29,088 bases of DNA from an uncultured Acidimicrobiales bacterium (GCA_963923735.1 CAWUMT010000001.1:1-29088), one strand, 5' to 3'; counted from the stretch's first letter, positions 1 through 8,790 are shown. Notes: generated by a model not told the origin, from the letters alone. Numbers and translations: made by a program.

Positions 1-447
1 GCCATGGGCCTCGAGGTGGCGTTCGGTCCGCGCGGCCTCACCGCCACGCGCCGCCAACGCTGCCACGCTGTCGATGTGGCCACCTTGCCCTATCCCGGCG
101 TGGCCACCGACTACAAGCCCTTCCTCGTGACCGCCTTGGCGGTGGCCGACGGGGTCTCGATCGTCTCGGAGAACCTCTTCGAGGGCCGGTTCCGCTACGT
201 CGACGAGCTGCGCCGCATGGGAGCCGACATCCGCACTGAGGGCCACCATGCAGTGGTCCGAGGCGTCGAGCGCCTCTCAGGGGCACCGGTCAAGGCGCCC
301 GACATCCGCGCCGGTGCTGCGCTTGTCTTGGCTGGTCTTGCTGCAGAGGGGGAGACTTCGGTGAGCGGGATCTCACACGTGAACCGAGGCTATGACGACC
401 TCGTGGGTCACCTCGCTTCCCTTGGCGCCACGGTGGCGTGGGCATGA
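1..447 (+). CDS. murA: UDP-N-acetylglucosamine 1-carboxyvinyltransferase, C-terminal part (5' truncated by window)
   Basis: MurA motifs TLPYPGVATD, ENLFEGRFRYVDELRRMGA, DIRAGAALVLAGL and HVNRGY; frame is open from base 1. Confidence 0.95.
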   Translation, partial: AMGLEVAFGPRGLTATRRQRCHAVDVATLPYPGVATDYKPFLVTALAVADGVSIVSENLFEGRFRYVDELRRMGADIRTEGHHAVVRGVERLSGAPVKAPDIRAGAALVLAGLAAEGETSVSGISHVNRGYDDLVGHLASLGATVAWA

Positions 448-1421
448 GCGAGGTGCTCAGCCGGGACCCCGTCGTCCTGTTGGCGCAGGCCAAGGAGGGC
501 AGCCGAGTGGCCTTGGCGCGTCTCTTGACGATGGTCGAGCGCGGGGGAGCGGAGTCCCGGGCGGTGGCGGCCCTGAGCTACACCGAGGCACCCCCCTACA
601 CCGTGGGACTCACCGGAGCGCCGGGTGCGGGCAAGTCGACGCTGACCGACCGCGTGATCACCGCGGCACGCACCGGCTGGCCGGCAATCGGTGAGCAGGC
701 TGCGGTGGCGCTCGAGCAGGTCGCGGTGCTCGCCATCGATCCGTCCTCGCCGTTCACCGGAGGTGCGATCCTGGGCGACCGGATCCGGATGCAGGAGCAC
801 GCCACCGATCCGACCGTGTTCATCCGCTCCATGGCCACTCGAGGACATCTCGGAGGGCTCTCCCTCGCCGTGCCCGATGCGGTGCGCCTCCTCGGGGCCT
901 CGGGCATGCCCGTCGTCCTGGTCGAGACGGTCGGCGTGGGTCAGGTGGAGGTCGAGATCGCCTCGGCGGCGGACACGACCGTGGTGGTGGTGAACCCAGG
1001 CTGGGGCGACGCCATGCAGGCCAACAAGGCAGGCCTCTTGGAGATCGCCGACATCTTCGTGATCAACAAAGCCGACCGCCCCGGCGTGCGCGAAGCCCGT
1101 CGGGATCTCGAACAAATGTTGGACCTCTCTCAGTTGGGCGACTGGCGCCCTCCGGTGGTCGAGACGGTGGCGGCTGACGGAACCGGTGTCACCGAGCTCT
1201 GGGAGACCGTGGCCGCCCATCGTGCCCACCTCTTGGATCACGACGAGCTTGTGCCTCGTCGACAGCGTCGGTTGGCCGAGGAGCTCCGTCGGGTCCTCTC
1301 TGCGCAGCTCGCACTCCAGGTCGAGCAGCTTGCGGAAGGCGAGTTGTTCGAGGCGCAGGTCGCCGCGCTCGTGGCGGGCACGACGGACCCCTACAGCTCC
1401 GCGGAGCGGTTGCTCTCCTAG
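444..1421 (+). CDS. meaB: Methylmalonyl-CoA mutase-associated GTPase MeaB/ArgK
   Basis: GLTGAPGAGKST P-loop, IDPSSPFTGGAILGDRIRM, SMATRGHLGGLS, VETVGVGQ and INKAD; ATG 444 overlaps the murA stop (ATGA). Confidence 0.93.
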   Translation: MSEVLSRDPVVLLAQAKEGSRVALARLLTMVERGGAESRAVAALSYTEAPPYTVGLTGAPGAGKSTLTDRVITAARTGWPAIGEQAAVALEQVAVLAIDPSSPFTGGAILGDRIRMQEHATDPTVFIRSMATRGHLGGLSLAVPDAVRLLGASGMPVVLVETVGVGQVEVEIASAADTTVVVVNPGWGDAMQANKAGLLEIADIFVINKADRPGVREARRDLEQMLDLSQLGDWRPPVVETVAADGTGVTELWETVAAHRAHLLDHDELVPRRQRRLAEELRRVLSAQLALQVEQLAEGELFEAQVAALVAGTTDPYSSAERLLS

Positions 1422-2392
1422 AGCTGGGAGCGAAGTTCCGCGCCGGCCAGCTCGGGCGGCACGATGTTGATGGCCACGCCTGTGCCCATCTCGAAGCCCG
1501 CCCGGGTGGTGGCCTTGGGCACCACGTGGACGTGCCAGTGGAAGGGGCCACCGCCGGTGTAGGGGGCGGAGTGGAACACGAGGTTGTAGGCGACGTCGCC
1601 AATGGTGTCGTTGAGTGCCCTGAGCGCGGTGCGCAGACCACGTCCGACCGCCTCAACATGAGCGTCGGTGTCGTTGTGGAGGTGTTCGTCGTGATGCCGG
1701 GGCATCACGAGCATCTCGTAGGGCACGCTCGACCAGTAGGGGGTGATGACGAGGACGTCGTCGTCCTTGTAGACGATGCGCTCTCCGACAGCCTCTTCGG
1801 CCTCGATGGTGGTGCACAGCAGGCAGTTGCCGGTGAACCGGGCGAAACGGGCCTGCTCCTCAGCGATCTCGCGAGGCACGAAGCTCATCCCCATCAGCTG
1901 TCCATGGGGGTGTTCGACCGAGGCACCCGCCTCACGGCCGGAGTTCACGATGGCCTGGGAGTAGCGCAGGGTCTTGGACCGGGAGAGCTCGGCCATTCGG
2001 TCGCGCACGGCCTTCATCACGAGACCGGCGTGCTCCTCGCTCAGGTCCTTCCAGCTCGCCAGATGATCAGGGGACAGAACGAAGACCTCATGGGTGCCGC
2101 CGGCAGATCCCACGGTGAAGACGGGGCCTTTGTTCTCGACCACGAAGGCGTCCTCGCCTTCGAAGGCGGGGTACTTGTTGGCGATGACTCGAACCTGCCA
2201 GTGGCCGTCCTCGTCATAGGTTTCAAGGGCTGGCGGGGTGGCCTCTTCGTTGCCAGGGCAGAACGGACAGGGCTTGAGCGGTTCATGTTCGAGGCGCTGC
2301 GCGTGGATGACGAAGGCATCTGGACGCTTGGCTCGAGCCTCAGAGATGACGACCCATCGGCCGGAGAGGGCATCGAGGCGCATCTCGGTCAT
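1418..2392 (-). CDS. galT: Galactose-1-phosphate uridylyltransferase (HIT family)
   Basis: CPFCPGNE Zn motif, RVIANKYPA and GASVEHPHGQ (HxHxQ). Start set at MTEMRLD (2392), with GGAG upstream and a TACGAT -10 at 2441-2436. Confidence 0.9.
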   Translation of the reverse strand: MTEMRLDALSGRWVVISEARAKRPDAFVIHAQRLEHEPLKPCPFCPGNEEATPPALETYDEDGHWQVRVIANKYPAFEGEDAFVVENKGPVFTVGSAGGTHEVFVLSPDHLASWKDLSEEHAGLVMKAVRDRMAELSRSKTLRYSQAIVNSGREAGASVEHPHGQLMGMSFVPREIAEEQARFARFTGNCLLCTTIEAEEAVGERIVYKDDDVLVITPYWSSVPYEMLVMPRHHDEHLHNDTDAHVEAVGRGLRTALRALNDTIGDVAYNLVFHSAPYTGGGPFHWHVHVVPKATTRAGFEMGTGVAINIVPPELAGAELRSQL

Positions 2393-2452
2393 CTGCTTGA
2401 CGCTCCATCTCCGCTCGTCATGGCCATCTGTTTCGATCGTAGCCCCGAACGA

Positions 2453-2489
2453 CAAGCGGCAGGCCCCAATTCAGGTGGCCTGCCGCTTG
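2453..2489 (-). terminator. Probable intrinsic terminator of the pit operon
   Basis: Perfect 13-bp inverted repeat CAAGCGGCAGGCC/GGCCTGCCGCTTG with an 11-nt loop, just after the small membrane gene. Confidence 0.65.
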
Positions 2490-2526
2490 ATTGACCTCAT
2501 CGATGAGGCCGGAGAGGGGTCGGGGG

Positions 2527-2787
2527 CTAGCCCTTGTGGAACATCACCCCGAGGCCGACGCCTACCGCGGCGAAGACCACGAGCAGACAGAGCACCGCAC
2601 CGATGCTGTTGACCGTGCGGCGTCCACCGTGGGAGCCCTCAGCTCGTGTGAGCAGATTGATCCCCAGGCTGACCACACAGACCAGTGCAGCGACGGCGAT
2701 CGCGGACATGAGGACGACCTTGCCGAGGCCTGCCCAGTCGACGAGGTGCGTGGGCTTCGAGGCGGCGGCAGCGAGGAGGCTGTTCAT
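2527..2787 (-). CDS. Small two-TM membrane protein downstream of pit
   Basis: 86 aa with two hydrophobic helices (VVLMSAIAVAALVCVVSLGINLL; IGAVLCLLVVFAAVGVGLGVMF); starts 14 nt after the pit stop. Confidence 0.75.
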   Translation of the reverse strand: MNSLLAAAASKPTHLVDWAGLGKVVLMSAIAVAALVCVVSLGINLLTRAEGSHGGRRTVNSIGAVLCLLVVFAAVGVGLGVMFHKG

Positions 2788-2801
2788 CGGTCAGATTCCT
2801 T

Positions 2802-3947
2802 TCAGGCGGCGATGTGCTTGGGGGTAAGGACGTGGACGTTCTCATCCCAAGCGTCATTGACGTTCTCGGGTGTGACCGGTGACTTGCGGCTCAGGCCGAA
2901 GAAGAGGGCACAGGCGAAGGCCAGGATTCCTCCGGTGAGATAGACGCCCAAGGTGCCGCCGATGGCATTTGAGAGTCCGAATGCACCGGCGCCGATCAGT
3001 CCGGCTGCCGGCATGGTGACCAGCCAGGAAATCAGGATCTCGCCGACGATGCCCCAGCGGACCCGGACGCGGTGACCGATGCCCGAACCGACCACCGAAC
3101 CGCTGGCCACCTGGGTGGTCGACAGCGGGATGCCGAAGTGGGTGGACGTCAGGAGCACCGTCGCAGCGGAAGTCTGTGCGGCGAAGCCCTGAGGGGTGTC
3201 GATGTCGGTGAGGGCACGACCCATGGTGCGGATGATCCGCCAGCCGCCGAGGTAGGTGCCCAGTGCGATCGCACCACCACAAGCGACGATCACCCACGTG
3301 GGGGTCGACGCGTCCTGAACGAGATTCCCGTTGGCGACGAGGGCGAGGGTGATGACTCCCATGGTCTTCTGGGCGTCGTTCGTGCCGTGCGCCAGCGACA
3401 TCAGCGATGCCGAGCCGACCTGCGCCCATCTGAAGCCCTGGTCACGAGCGGACCCAGTCAGATGCTTAGTGAACCGAGCGGTGAGCCAGGCTGCGCCAGC
3501 GGCGATGATGCCGGCGACGAGCGGGGCGAGGAGCGCGGGGATCATGACCTTGCCGAAGACCCCGTTCCACTCCACTGCGTGGATACCTGCGTGCACGATC
3601 ATCGCTCCGACCACACCACCGATCAGGGCGTGGCTCGAGCTCGAGGGGAAACCGTTGTACCAGGTGATGACGTTCCAGAGGATGCCGCCGGTGAGCCCGG
3701 CGAAGACCACGGGAAGCGTCACGCTGCCCTGACTCACGATGCCCTTGGCGATCACGGCGGCGACCGACAGCGAGATGAAGGCACCCGCCAGGTTGAGGAC
3801 AGCCGAGAGGGCCACTGCGACCCTGGGCTTGAGCGACCCGGTGGTGATCGTGGTGGCCATCGAGTTGGCGGTGTCGTGGAACCCGTTGGTGAAGTCGAAG
3901 GCGAGGGCCGTCACGATGACGATCAGGAGCAGGGAGGTGTTGTGCAC
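2802..3947 (-). CDS. pit: Inorganic phosphate transporter, PiT family
   Basis: PiT signatures FDFTNGFHDTANS and SLAHGTNDAQKTMG, plus PSSSSHALIGG and GIPLSTTQ; GTG start. Confidence 0.95.
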   Translation of the reverse strand: MHNTSLLLIVIVTALAFDFTNGFHDTANSMATTITTGSLKPRVAVALSAVLNLAGAFISLSVAAVIAKGIVSQGSVTLPVVFAGLTGGILWNVITWYNGFPSSSSHALIGGVVGAMIVHAGIHAVEWNGVFGKVMIPALLAPLVAGIIAAGAAWLTARFTKHLTGSARDQGFRWAQVGSASLMSLAHGTNDAQKTMGVITLALVANGNLVQDASTPTWVIVACGGAIALGTYLGGWRIIRTMGRALTDIDTPQGFAAQTSAATVLLTSTHFGIPLSTTQVASGSVVGSGIGHRVRVRWGIVGEILISWLVTMPAAGLIGAGAFGLSNAIGGTLGVYLTGGILAFACALFFGLSRKSPVTPENVNDAWDENVHVLTPKHIAA

Positions 3948-4019
3948 CCTCTTCTTCTAGGTCACCTCGGAGGAGCCCTCCCCTCCGAATCGGGCACAAT
4001 CCGGGAGATTTCGAGAAGT

Positions 4020-4052
4020 GTTCATCTTTCGTTTACCTCGGGTTAGCGAGTG
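4020..4052. promoter_or_regulatory. Putative PHO box: three 11-bp direct repeat units
   Basis: GTTCATCTTTC / GTTTACCTCGG / GTTAGCGAGTG start at 4020, 4031 and 4042, upstream of pit; they resemble Streptomyces PhoP GTTCA units. Confidence 0.55.
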
Positions 4053-4106
4053 TCGGGTCGGGGTAACCGTCCCCCGGGGCTGAGGGCAACGGGCCAAGAT
4101 GGTCTG

Positions 4107-4598
4107 GTGCCCCTCGCCGCCTCTCCTCCGCGCTCGGCCGCCTTCGATTTGATCCTCCTCATCCACGTGGCAGCGGCCATCGTCTCGCTTGTGGTGGTCA
4201 TTGCGTCGTGGGCCGCGGCTCGGGCTCTGCTCTCGGCGACACCTGGTTCGTCGTGGCCGGAGTCGGGCGCGCGTTACTTCCGAGAAGGACCCGAGGTGGC
4301 CGGACGCGCCCTCTACCTCGTCCCGCTGTCGGGGTTTGTGCTCCTCGCCATGAGTCAGGGGTCCTTTGAAGTGACGGACCTGTTCGTACTGCTGGGTCTC
4401 GGAGCCTGGGTGATTGCCATCGGAGCTGCGGAGCACCTCATCTTCTCGTCAAGCAAACAATTGGCCACGACCATTGCCGCGGGTCCAGTCCCCAGCGAAG
4501 ACTCCTGGCGAGCGCTGATCAAGCGGGTCCGACTTGGTTCGGACGTGGTGGCCGCCATGCTGCTCCTCGCCACCGTTCTGATGGTGGTCCAACCCTGA
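4107..4598 (+). CDS. Membrane protein, DUF2269-like
   Basis: Four hydrophobic segments, LLIHVAAAIV near the N-terminus and a C-terminal LMVVQP. Start uncertain (GTG 4107 chosen; ORF open from 4050). Confidence 0.6.
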   Translation: MPLAASPPRSAAFDLILLIHVAAAIVSLVVVIASWAAARALLSATPGSSWPESGARYFREGPEVAGRALYLVPLSGFVLLAMSQGSFEVTDLFVLLGLGAWVIAIGAAEHLIFSSSKQLATTIAAGPVPSEDSWRALIKRVRLGSDVVAAMLLLATVLMVVQP

Positions 4599-4654
4599 GG
4601 AATGGAGGCTGAGGAGGCTCGGGTACCGTGGAGTCCACACACGAGGAGTCCACG

Positions 4655-5326
4655 ATGGCGATCACCCTTTCTGACGCAGAGTTGAGCGAGCTCGATGAGC
4701 TCAATGTGACCTACGAGCACCGAGCCCCCGGTGAGATCATCTCCTGGGCCGCAGACCGCTTCGGTGACGATCTCGTGTTCGCTTGCTCCTTCCAGGACCT
4801 GGTGCTCCTCGACCTCGCGGTGAAGGCAAAGCCCGACCTCGAGATCATCTTCCTCGACACCGAGGCGCACTTCGACGAGACCTGGGAGTACGTCGAATGG
4901 GCCAAGGCGCACTACGGCCTCAACCTGACCGTCACGCATCCTGGCCCCGACGCCGCCGACACTCCCTGCGGGGCGGAAGGATGCTGTCAGGTCCGAAAGG
5001 TCGGACCGCTCAAGCGCGCGGTCGCCGACAAGAAGGCGTGGCTGACCTCGGTCAAGCGCGTGGACGCACCGACTCGGGCCACCACGCCGATCATCGGGTA
5101 CGACGAGATCTTCGGGCTGATCAAGATCAACCCTCTGGCCACTTGGACGGATGAGGACGTGGCTTACTACGAGAAGGAGCACAACCTCCCGCAGCACCCG
5201 CTCGTTCCCAAGGGGTACCTCTCGATCGGCTGCGCGCCGACCACGAGGCCGGTGGCGCCGGGAGAGGACCCGCGTGCGGGTCGTTGGTCGAACTCGGACA
5301 AGACCGAGTGCGGCCTCCATCAGTAG
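4655..5326 (+). CDS. cysH: Phosphoadenylyl-sulfate/APS reductase (CysH family)
   Basis: FLDTEAHFDET, CCQVRKV, KINPLATW, GYLSIGC and C-terminal KTECGLH; SD GAGGAG at 4643-4648. Confidence 0.92.
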   Translation: MAITLSDAELSELDELNVTYEHRAPGEIISWAADRFGDDLVFACSFQDLVLLDLAVKAKPDLEIIFLDTEAHFDETWEYVEWAKAHYGLNLTVTHPGPDAADTPCGAEGCCQVRKVGPLKRAVADKKAWLTSVKRVDAPTRATTPIIGYDEIFGLIKINPLATWTDEDVAYYEKEHNLPQHPLVPKGYLSIGCAPTTRPVAPGEDPRAGRWSNSDKTECGLHQ

Positions 5327-5339
5327 GGCTGCCACCACG

Positions 5340-6131
5340 ATGAGCGAGGTGGCACGTCTCAAGGACGTCCGCATCATCCGAGATGGCCGCACCATCTTGA
5401 GCGTCGATGAGCTCGTCCTCGAAGAAGGTCAGCGGTGGGCCGTGCTCGGCCCCAACGGTTCAGGCAAGTCGACGCTGCTCTCGATCCTTGCGGGCCGCTG
5501 CTGGCCCACCCAAGGGACCGTCTGGCTGCTCGGGGAGCAGGTCGGTCGTGTGGATCTCCGCACCCTGCGTGGCCGTCTCGGGCTGCACTCGGCCACCTTG
5601 GCCAAGCAGCTTCGAGCCTCGTTACGCGTGCATGACGCGGTGGTCACGGGCACCGACGGAGCGCTCGAGACCTGGTGGGCGGAGTACGCCGAGGAGGATC
5701 TGACCCGAGCCGATGCTCTGCTCGACGAGCTCGGCGTCGGAGCGCTGCGGGACTCCCAGGTCGGACTGGTCTCCGAAGGGGAGCGCGCCAGAATCCTTCT
5801 GGCTCGGGTCCTGATCGCAGCGCCAGACCTTCTGCTGCTCGATGAACCGGCCGCCGGGCTGGACCTTGGTGCCCGCGAGGACCTCCTGGCTCGGCTGGGG
5901 TCACTTTTTGATTCCCCTTCGCTCCCCGGTGCTGTCCTGGTCACCCATCACCTCGAGGAGCTTCCTCCGGGGCTGAGCCACGCCGCTCTCCTGCGTGACG
6001 GGCGCATCGTGGCCGCCGGTCCGATCGATGAGGTGGTAGCCACAGAACCAGTCTCAGCGGCATTCGGTCTCCCCGTCGAGGTCGCGAGGCTCGGGGGCGG
6101 AAGGTTCGCGGCGCGGGCTGCGGGAGGCTAG
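5340..6131 (+). CDS. ABC transporter ATP-binding protein (ModF/YlmA-like, no permease alongside)
   Basis: Walker A GPNGSGKS, signature VSEGE, Walker B LLLLDEP and H-loop VTHHLEE. Confidence 0.88.
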   Translation: MSEVARLKDVRIIRDGRTILSVDELVLEEGQRWAVLGPNGSGKSTLLSILAGRCWPTQGTVWLLGEQVGRVDLRTLRGRLGLHSATLAKQLRASLRVHDAVVTGTDGALETWWAEYAEEDLTRADALLDELGVGALRDSQVGLVSEGERARILLARVLIAAPDLLLLDEPAAGLDLGAREDLLARLGSLFDSPSLPGAVLVTHHLEELPPGLSHAALLRDGRIVAAGPIDEVVATEPVSAAFGLPVEVARLGGGRFAARAAGG

Positions 6132-6211
6132 CCGCGAAGTATCCACCACCCGCGTTTCGCGCCCCTCTAGCGTTTCAGGGAAATCGAACGAAGGGCGGTG
6201 AGTCGGACACA

Positions 6212-7003
6212 ATGCTCATCATCGGAGTGCTCCTAGTCATGTGGGCAGTTCTGTTGATCCCCCTCGCCGTCCGCAAGTTCCGTGATGCCACGTCTGACCG
6301 TTCCATCTCTTCGTTCCACCGCTCGCTGGGAACCCTCAAACGAGGTCCCCAGGAGATCGCCCCGGCCCACCGCCTTGACTCTGAAGACGACCTCTTTGGC
6401 GACCACCCGCCCGTGGTCCCGGTCGCACCCCGCTCTCCGATCCAACCCCGTCCCCAGCTCGTCCTGCTTCGCTCGGACGATCAAGGAGGTTCAGTGATGC
6501 AGCAGCGCTATGACTACGAGGAGCAGTACGACGACGGTTACGTCGACGACTACCGCTACGAGAACGAGGCGCCGGAGTTCGAGGCGCACTATCCGGCCGA
6601 CCCCTACGTGCGCCGCCAGGCGGCGCTGCGCCGGCGCAACATCCTCTTTGGGCTCCTCGGCACCTTCGCGGTGAGCGGGATCTTCGGCTTCCTTGCACCG
6701 ATCTTCTGGAACCTGACGATCTTGGCCATTGTGCTGACGGTGCTTTACGTGGGCCTGATGGCCTGGGCTGCCACGCGTGGGTCCATCACGATCTCCAAGC
6801 CCCGGATGCTCGCTCGTGACGAGCAGATCGGTGACCGCCATGTGGCCCGCGCCGTGGTCGACGGCTACGCCGCCCGCACCGAGGAGTGGGCTGACGAGGA
6901 CGCCGAAGACTGGGAGTACGACGAGGGTGCCCCTGCGGCCACCTACGCCGACCGCTTCGAGGACGACTGGTGGGAAGAGCCCCGGAGGGTTGCGGCTCGC
7001 TGA
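6212..7003 (+). CDS. SepX/GlpR-like membrane protein
   Basis: N-terminal TM WAVLLIP followed by RSISSF, RRRNIL before a TM hairpin, acidic C-tail; lies directly upstream of tRNA-Ala(CGC), as actinobacterial sepX/glpR genes do. Confidence 0.6.
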   Translation: MLIIGVLLVMWAVLLIPLAVRKFRDATSDRSISSFHRSLGTLKRGPQEIAPAHRLDSEDDLFGDHPPVVPVAPRSPIQPRPQLVLLRSDDQGGSVMQQRYDYEEQYDDGYVDDYRYENEAPEFEAHYPADPYVRRQAALRRRNILFGLLGTFAVSGIFGFLAPIFWNLTILAIVLTVLYVGLMAWAATRGSITISKPRMLARDEQIGDRHVARAVVDGYAARTEEWADEDAEDWEYDEGAPAATYADRFEDDWWEEPRRVAAR

Positions 7004-7040
7004 GCCCCTTGGCCCACCCGCTACACTTTGGAGTTCCTCC

Positions 7041-7113
7041 GGGGGTGTAGCTCAGTTGGCAGAGCGCTACGTTCGCAATGTAGAGGCCGTGGGTTCAAAT
7101 CCCATCACCTCCA
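7041..7113 (+). tRNA. tRNA-Ala, anticodon CGC
   Basis: Acceptor stem GGGGGTG/CACCTCC with G3:U70, D-arm AGCTCAGTTGGCAGAGC, anticodon arm CTACG-TTCGCAA-TGTAG (CGC at 7074-7076), T-loop GGTTCAAATCC. CCA is not encoded. TACACT -10 at 7022-7027. Confidence 0.98.
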
Positions 7114-7235
7114 CTCGGTAGAGACGAGTTTCGTCGCCCCCTATGGGGTCGGAACCCGATGGTCCAGTGTCCTTCGGCCCTAGTGGCCTGCGGGGCACTC
7201 CTGCTATCGTCACCAACGATCCAAGGAGGAATGCC

Positions 7236-7427
7236 ATGCGCATCGTCGTCGATTTCGATTCCTGTGAGAGCAACGCCCTGTGCATGGGTGCGGCACCCGA
7301 GGTCTTCGAGGTGCGTGACGATGACTTCCTCTACATCCTCAACGAGAACCCTGGCGAGGAGCTCCGCGCCAAGGTCGAAGAGGCAGTCCGGCTCTGCCCC
7401 AAGCAGGCCATCACCATCGAGGACTGA
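7236..7427 (+). CDS. Ferredoxin, probable [3Fe-4S] (CxxNxxC...CP)
   Basis: 63 aa; CESNALC ... CPKQAI; SD AAGGAGG at 7223-7229; adjacent to a P450. Confidence 0.92.
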   Translation: MRIVVDFDSCESNALCMGAAPEVFEVRDDDFLYILNENPGEELRAKVEEAVRLCPKQAITIED

Positions 7428-7516
7428 CCTGAGCGCGCCTGACGCGGCGCCCTCGATGAGCCACGCAGACGGAACGCTCTGCCGATAGCATCACCCTTGA
7501 CCAAGGGGGATGAAAC

Positions 7517-8719
7517 ATGGGTGACGACGCGGTCTACTACGACCCGTACAACTGGGAGATCGACAACGATCCCTACCCGACGTTCAAGCGGCTTCGCGAC
7601 GAGGCCCCGCTGTACCGCAACGACGAGCACGGCTTCTGGGCCGTCTCGCGGTTCGCGGACGTCGAGAAGGGCCTCCTCGACTGGCGGACCTACCGCTCAG
7701 GCCGAGGTTCGGTGCTCGAGATGATCAAGGCCGGCGTGGAGATCCCGCCGGGATCGATCCTCTTTGAAGACCCGCCGACCCACGACATCCACCGTTCGCT
7801 GCTGGCTCGGGTCTTCACACCCAAGCGCATGAACGCCCTCGAGGTCGACGTCCGTCGGTTCTGCGCCGACGTGCTCGACGAGAAGCGTGACGCTCCTGGA
7901 TTCGACTTCGTCTCGGACCTGGGCAACTACGTGCCTATGCGGGCCATCGGCATGCTCATGGGCGTGCCCGAGGAGGACCAGCAGCGCCTCAAGGACAAGT
8001 TCGACGAGGGCTTCACCATGGACAACGAGGACGAGATCCCCGACGCGTCCTACGGTGGAGTCTCGGTGCTCTTCGATGAGCTCACGGCATATCTCGACTG
8101 GCGGGTGAACAACCCCTCGGACGACCTGATGACTGAATTGCTCAACGCAGAGGCCGAGGAGCTCGACGGCACCAAGCGCAAGCTCTCCCGTGAAGAGGTC
8201 CTCGGCTACGTGGGCCTGCTCATCGGTGCGGGCAACGAGACCACCACGCGTCTGATCGGCTTCACCGGCCGAGTGCTCGGGGAGAACCCCGAGGCGCTTC
8301 GGGAAATCTCAGCGGACCACAGCCTCGTGCCTCAGGCCATCGAGGAAGTCCTCCGTCTCGAGCCGCCGTCTCCGGTCCAGGCTCGCTACATCAACGAGGA
8401 CGTTGAGTGGTATGGCCAGAAGATCGAAGAGGGCGAGATCATGCTCTTCATCAACGGTGCGGCCAACCACGATGAGCGCAAGTTCGAGGACCCCGATGCG
8501 TTCAACCTCCACCGCAAGACCGACCGGCACCTGACCTTCGGCTACGGCATCCACCACTGCCTTGGTGCGGCGCTGGCCCGACTCGAAGGCCGGATCGCCT
8601 TGGAAGAGGTGCTCAAGCGCTTCCCGTCCTGGGAGGTCGACTGGGACAACGTCAAGCAGTCCCACACGACCACGGTGCGTGGCTACCACCACATGCCGGT
8701 GCTCACCACCAAGGCCTAG
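7517..8719 (+). CDS. Cytochrome P450
   Basis: I-helix GAGNETTT, ExxR (EEVLR) and heme motif FGYGIHHCLG. Confidence 0.97.
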   Translation: MGDDAVYYDPYNWEIDNDPYPTFKRLRDEAPLYRNDEHGFWAVSRFADVEKGLLDWRTYRSGRGSVLEMIKAGVEIPPGSILFEDPPTHDIHRSLLARVFTPKRMNALEVDVRRFCADVLDEKRDAPGFDFVSDLGNYVPMRAIGMLMGVPEEDQQRLKDKFDEGFTMDNEDEIPDASYGGVSVLFDELTAYLDWRVNNPSDDLMTELLNAEAEELDGTKRKLSREEVLGYVGLLIGAGNETTTRLIGFTGRVLGENPEALREISADHSLVPQAIEEVLRLEPPSPVQARYINEDVEWYGQKIEEGEIMLFINGAANHDERKFEDPDAFNLHRKTDRHLTFGYGIHHCLGAALARLEGRIALEEVLKRFPSWEVDWDNVKQSHTTTVRGYHHMPVLTTKA

Positions 8720-8757
8720 AGGCCAAAGCGGACCGGCGCACCGGGTCCACAGACGCG

Positions 8758-8790
8758 ACGAGGGCGGGGCCGTGGAGGCCCCGCCCTCGT
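8758..8790. terminator. Bidirectional terminator hairpin between convergent genes
   Basis: Perfect 14-bp stem ACGAGGGCGGGGCC/GGCCCCGCCCTCGT with loop GTGGA, extendable by CAGAC/GTCTG. Confidence 0.75.

Noticed and set aside
2495-2508. Perfect 14-bp palindrome CCTCATCGATGAGG
   Set aside because: Single instance beside a terminator in GC-rich DNA with no regulator nearby; insufficient support for an operator.
7041-8790. Genomic island integrated at tRNA-Ala
   Set aside because: No integrase, no duplicated tRNA 3' end seen in the window, and no obvious composition shift.
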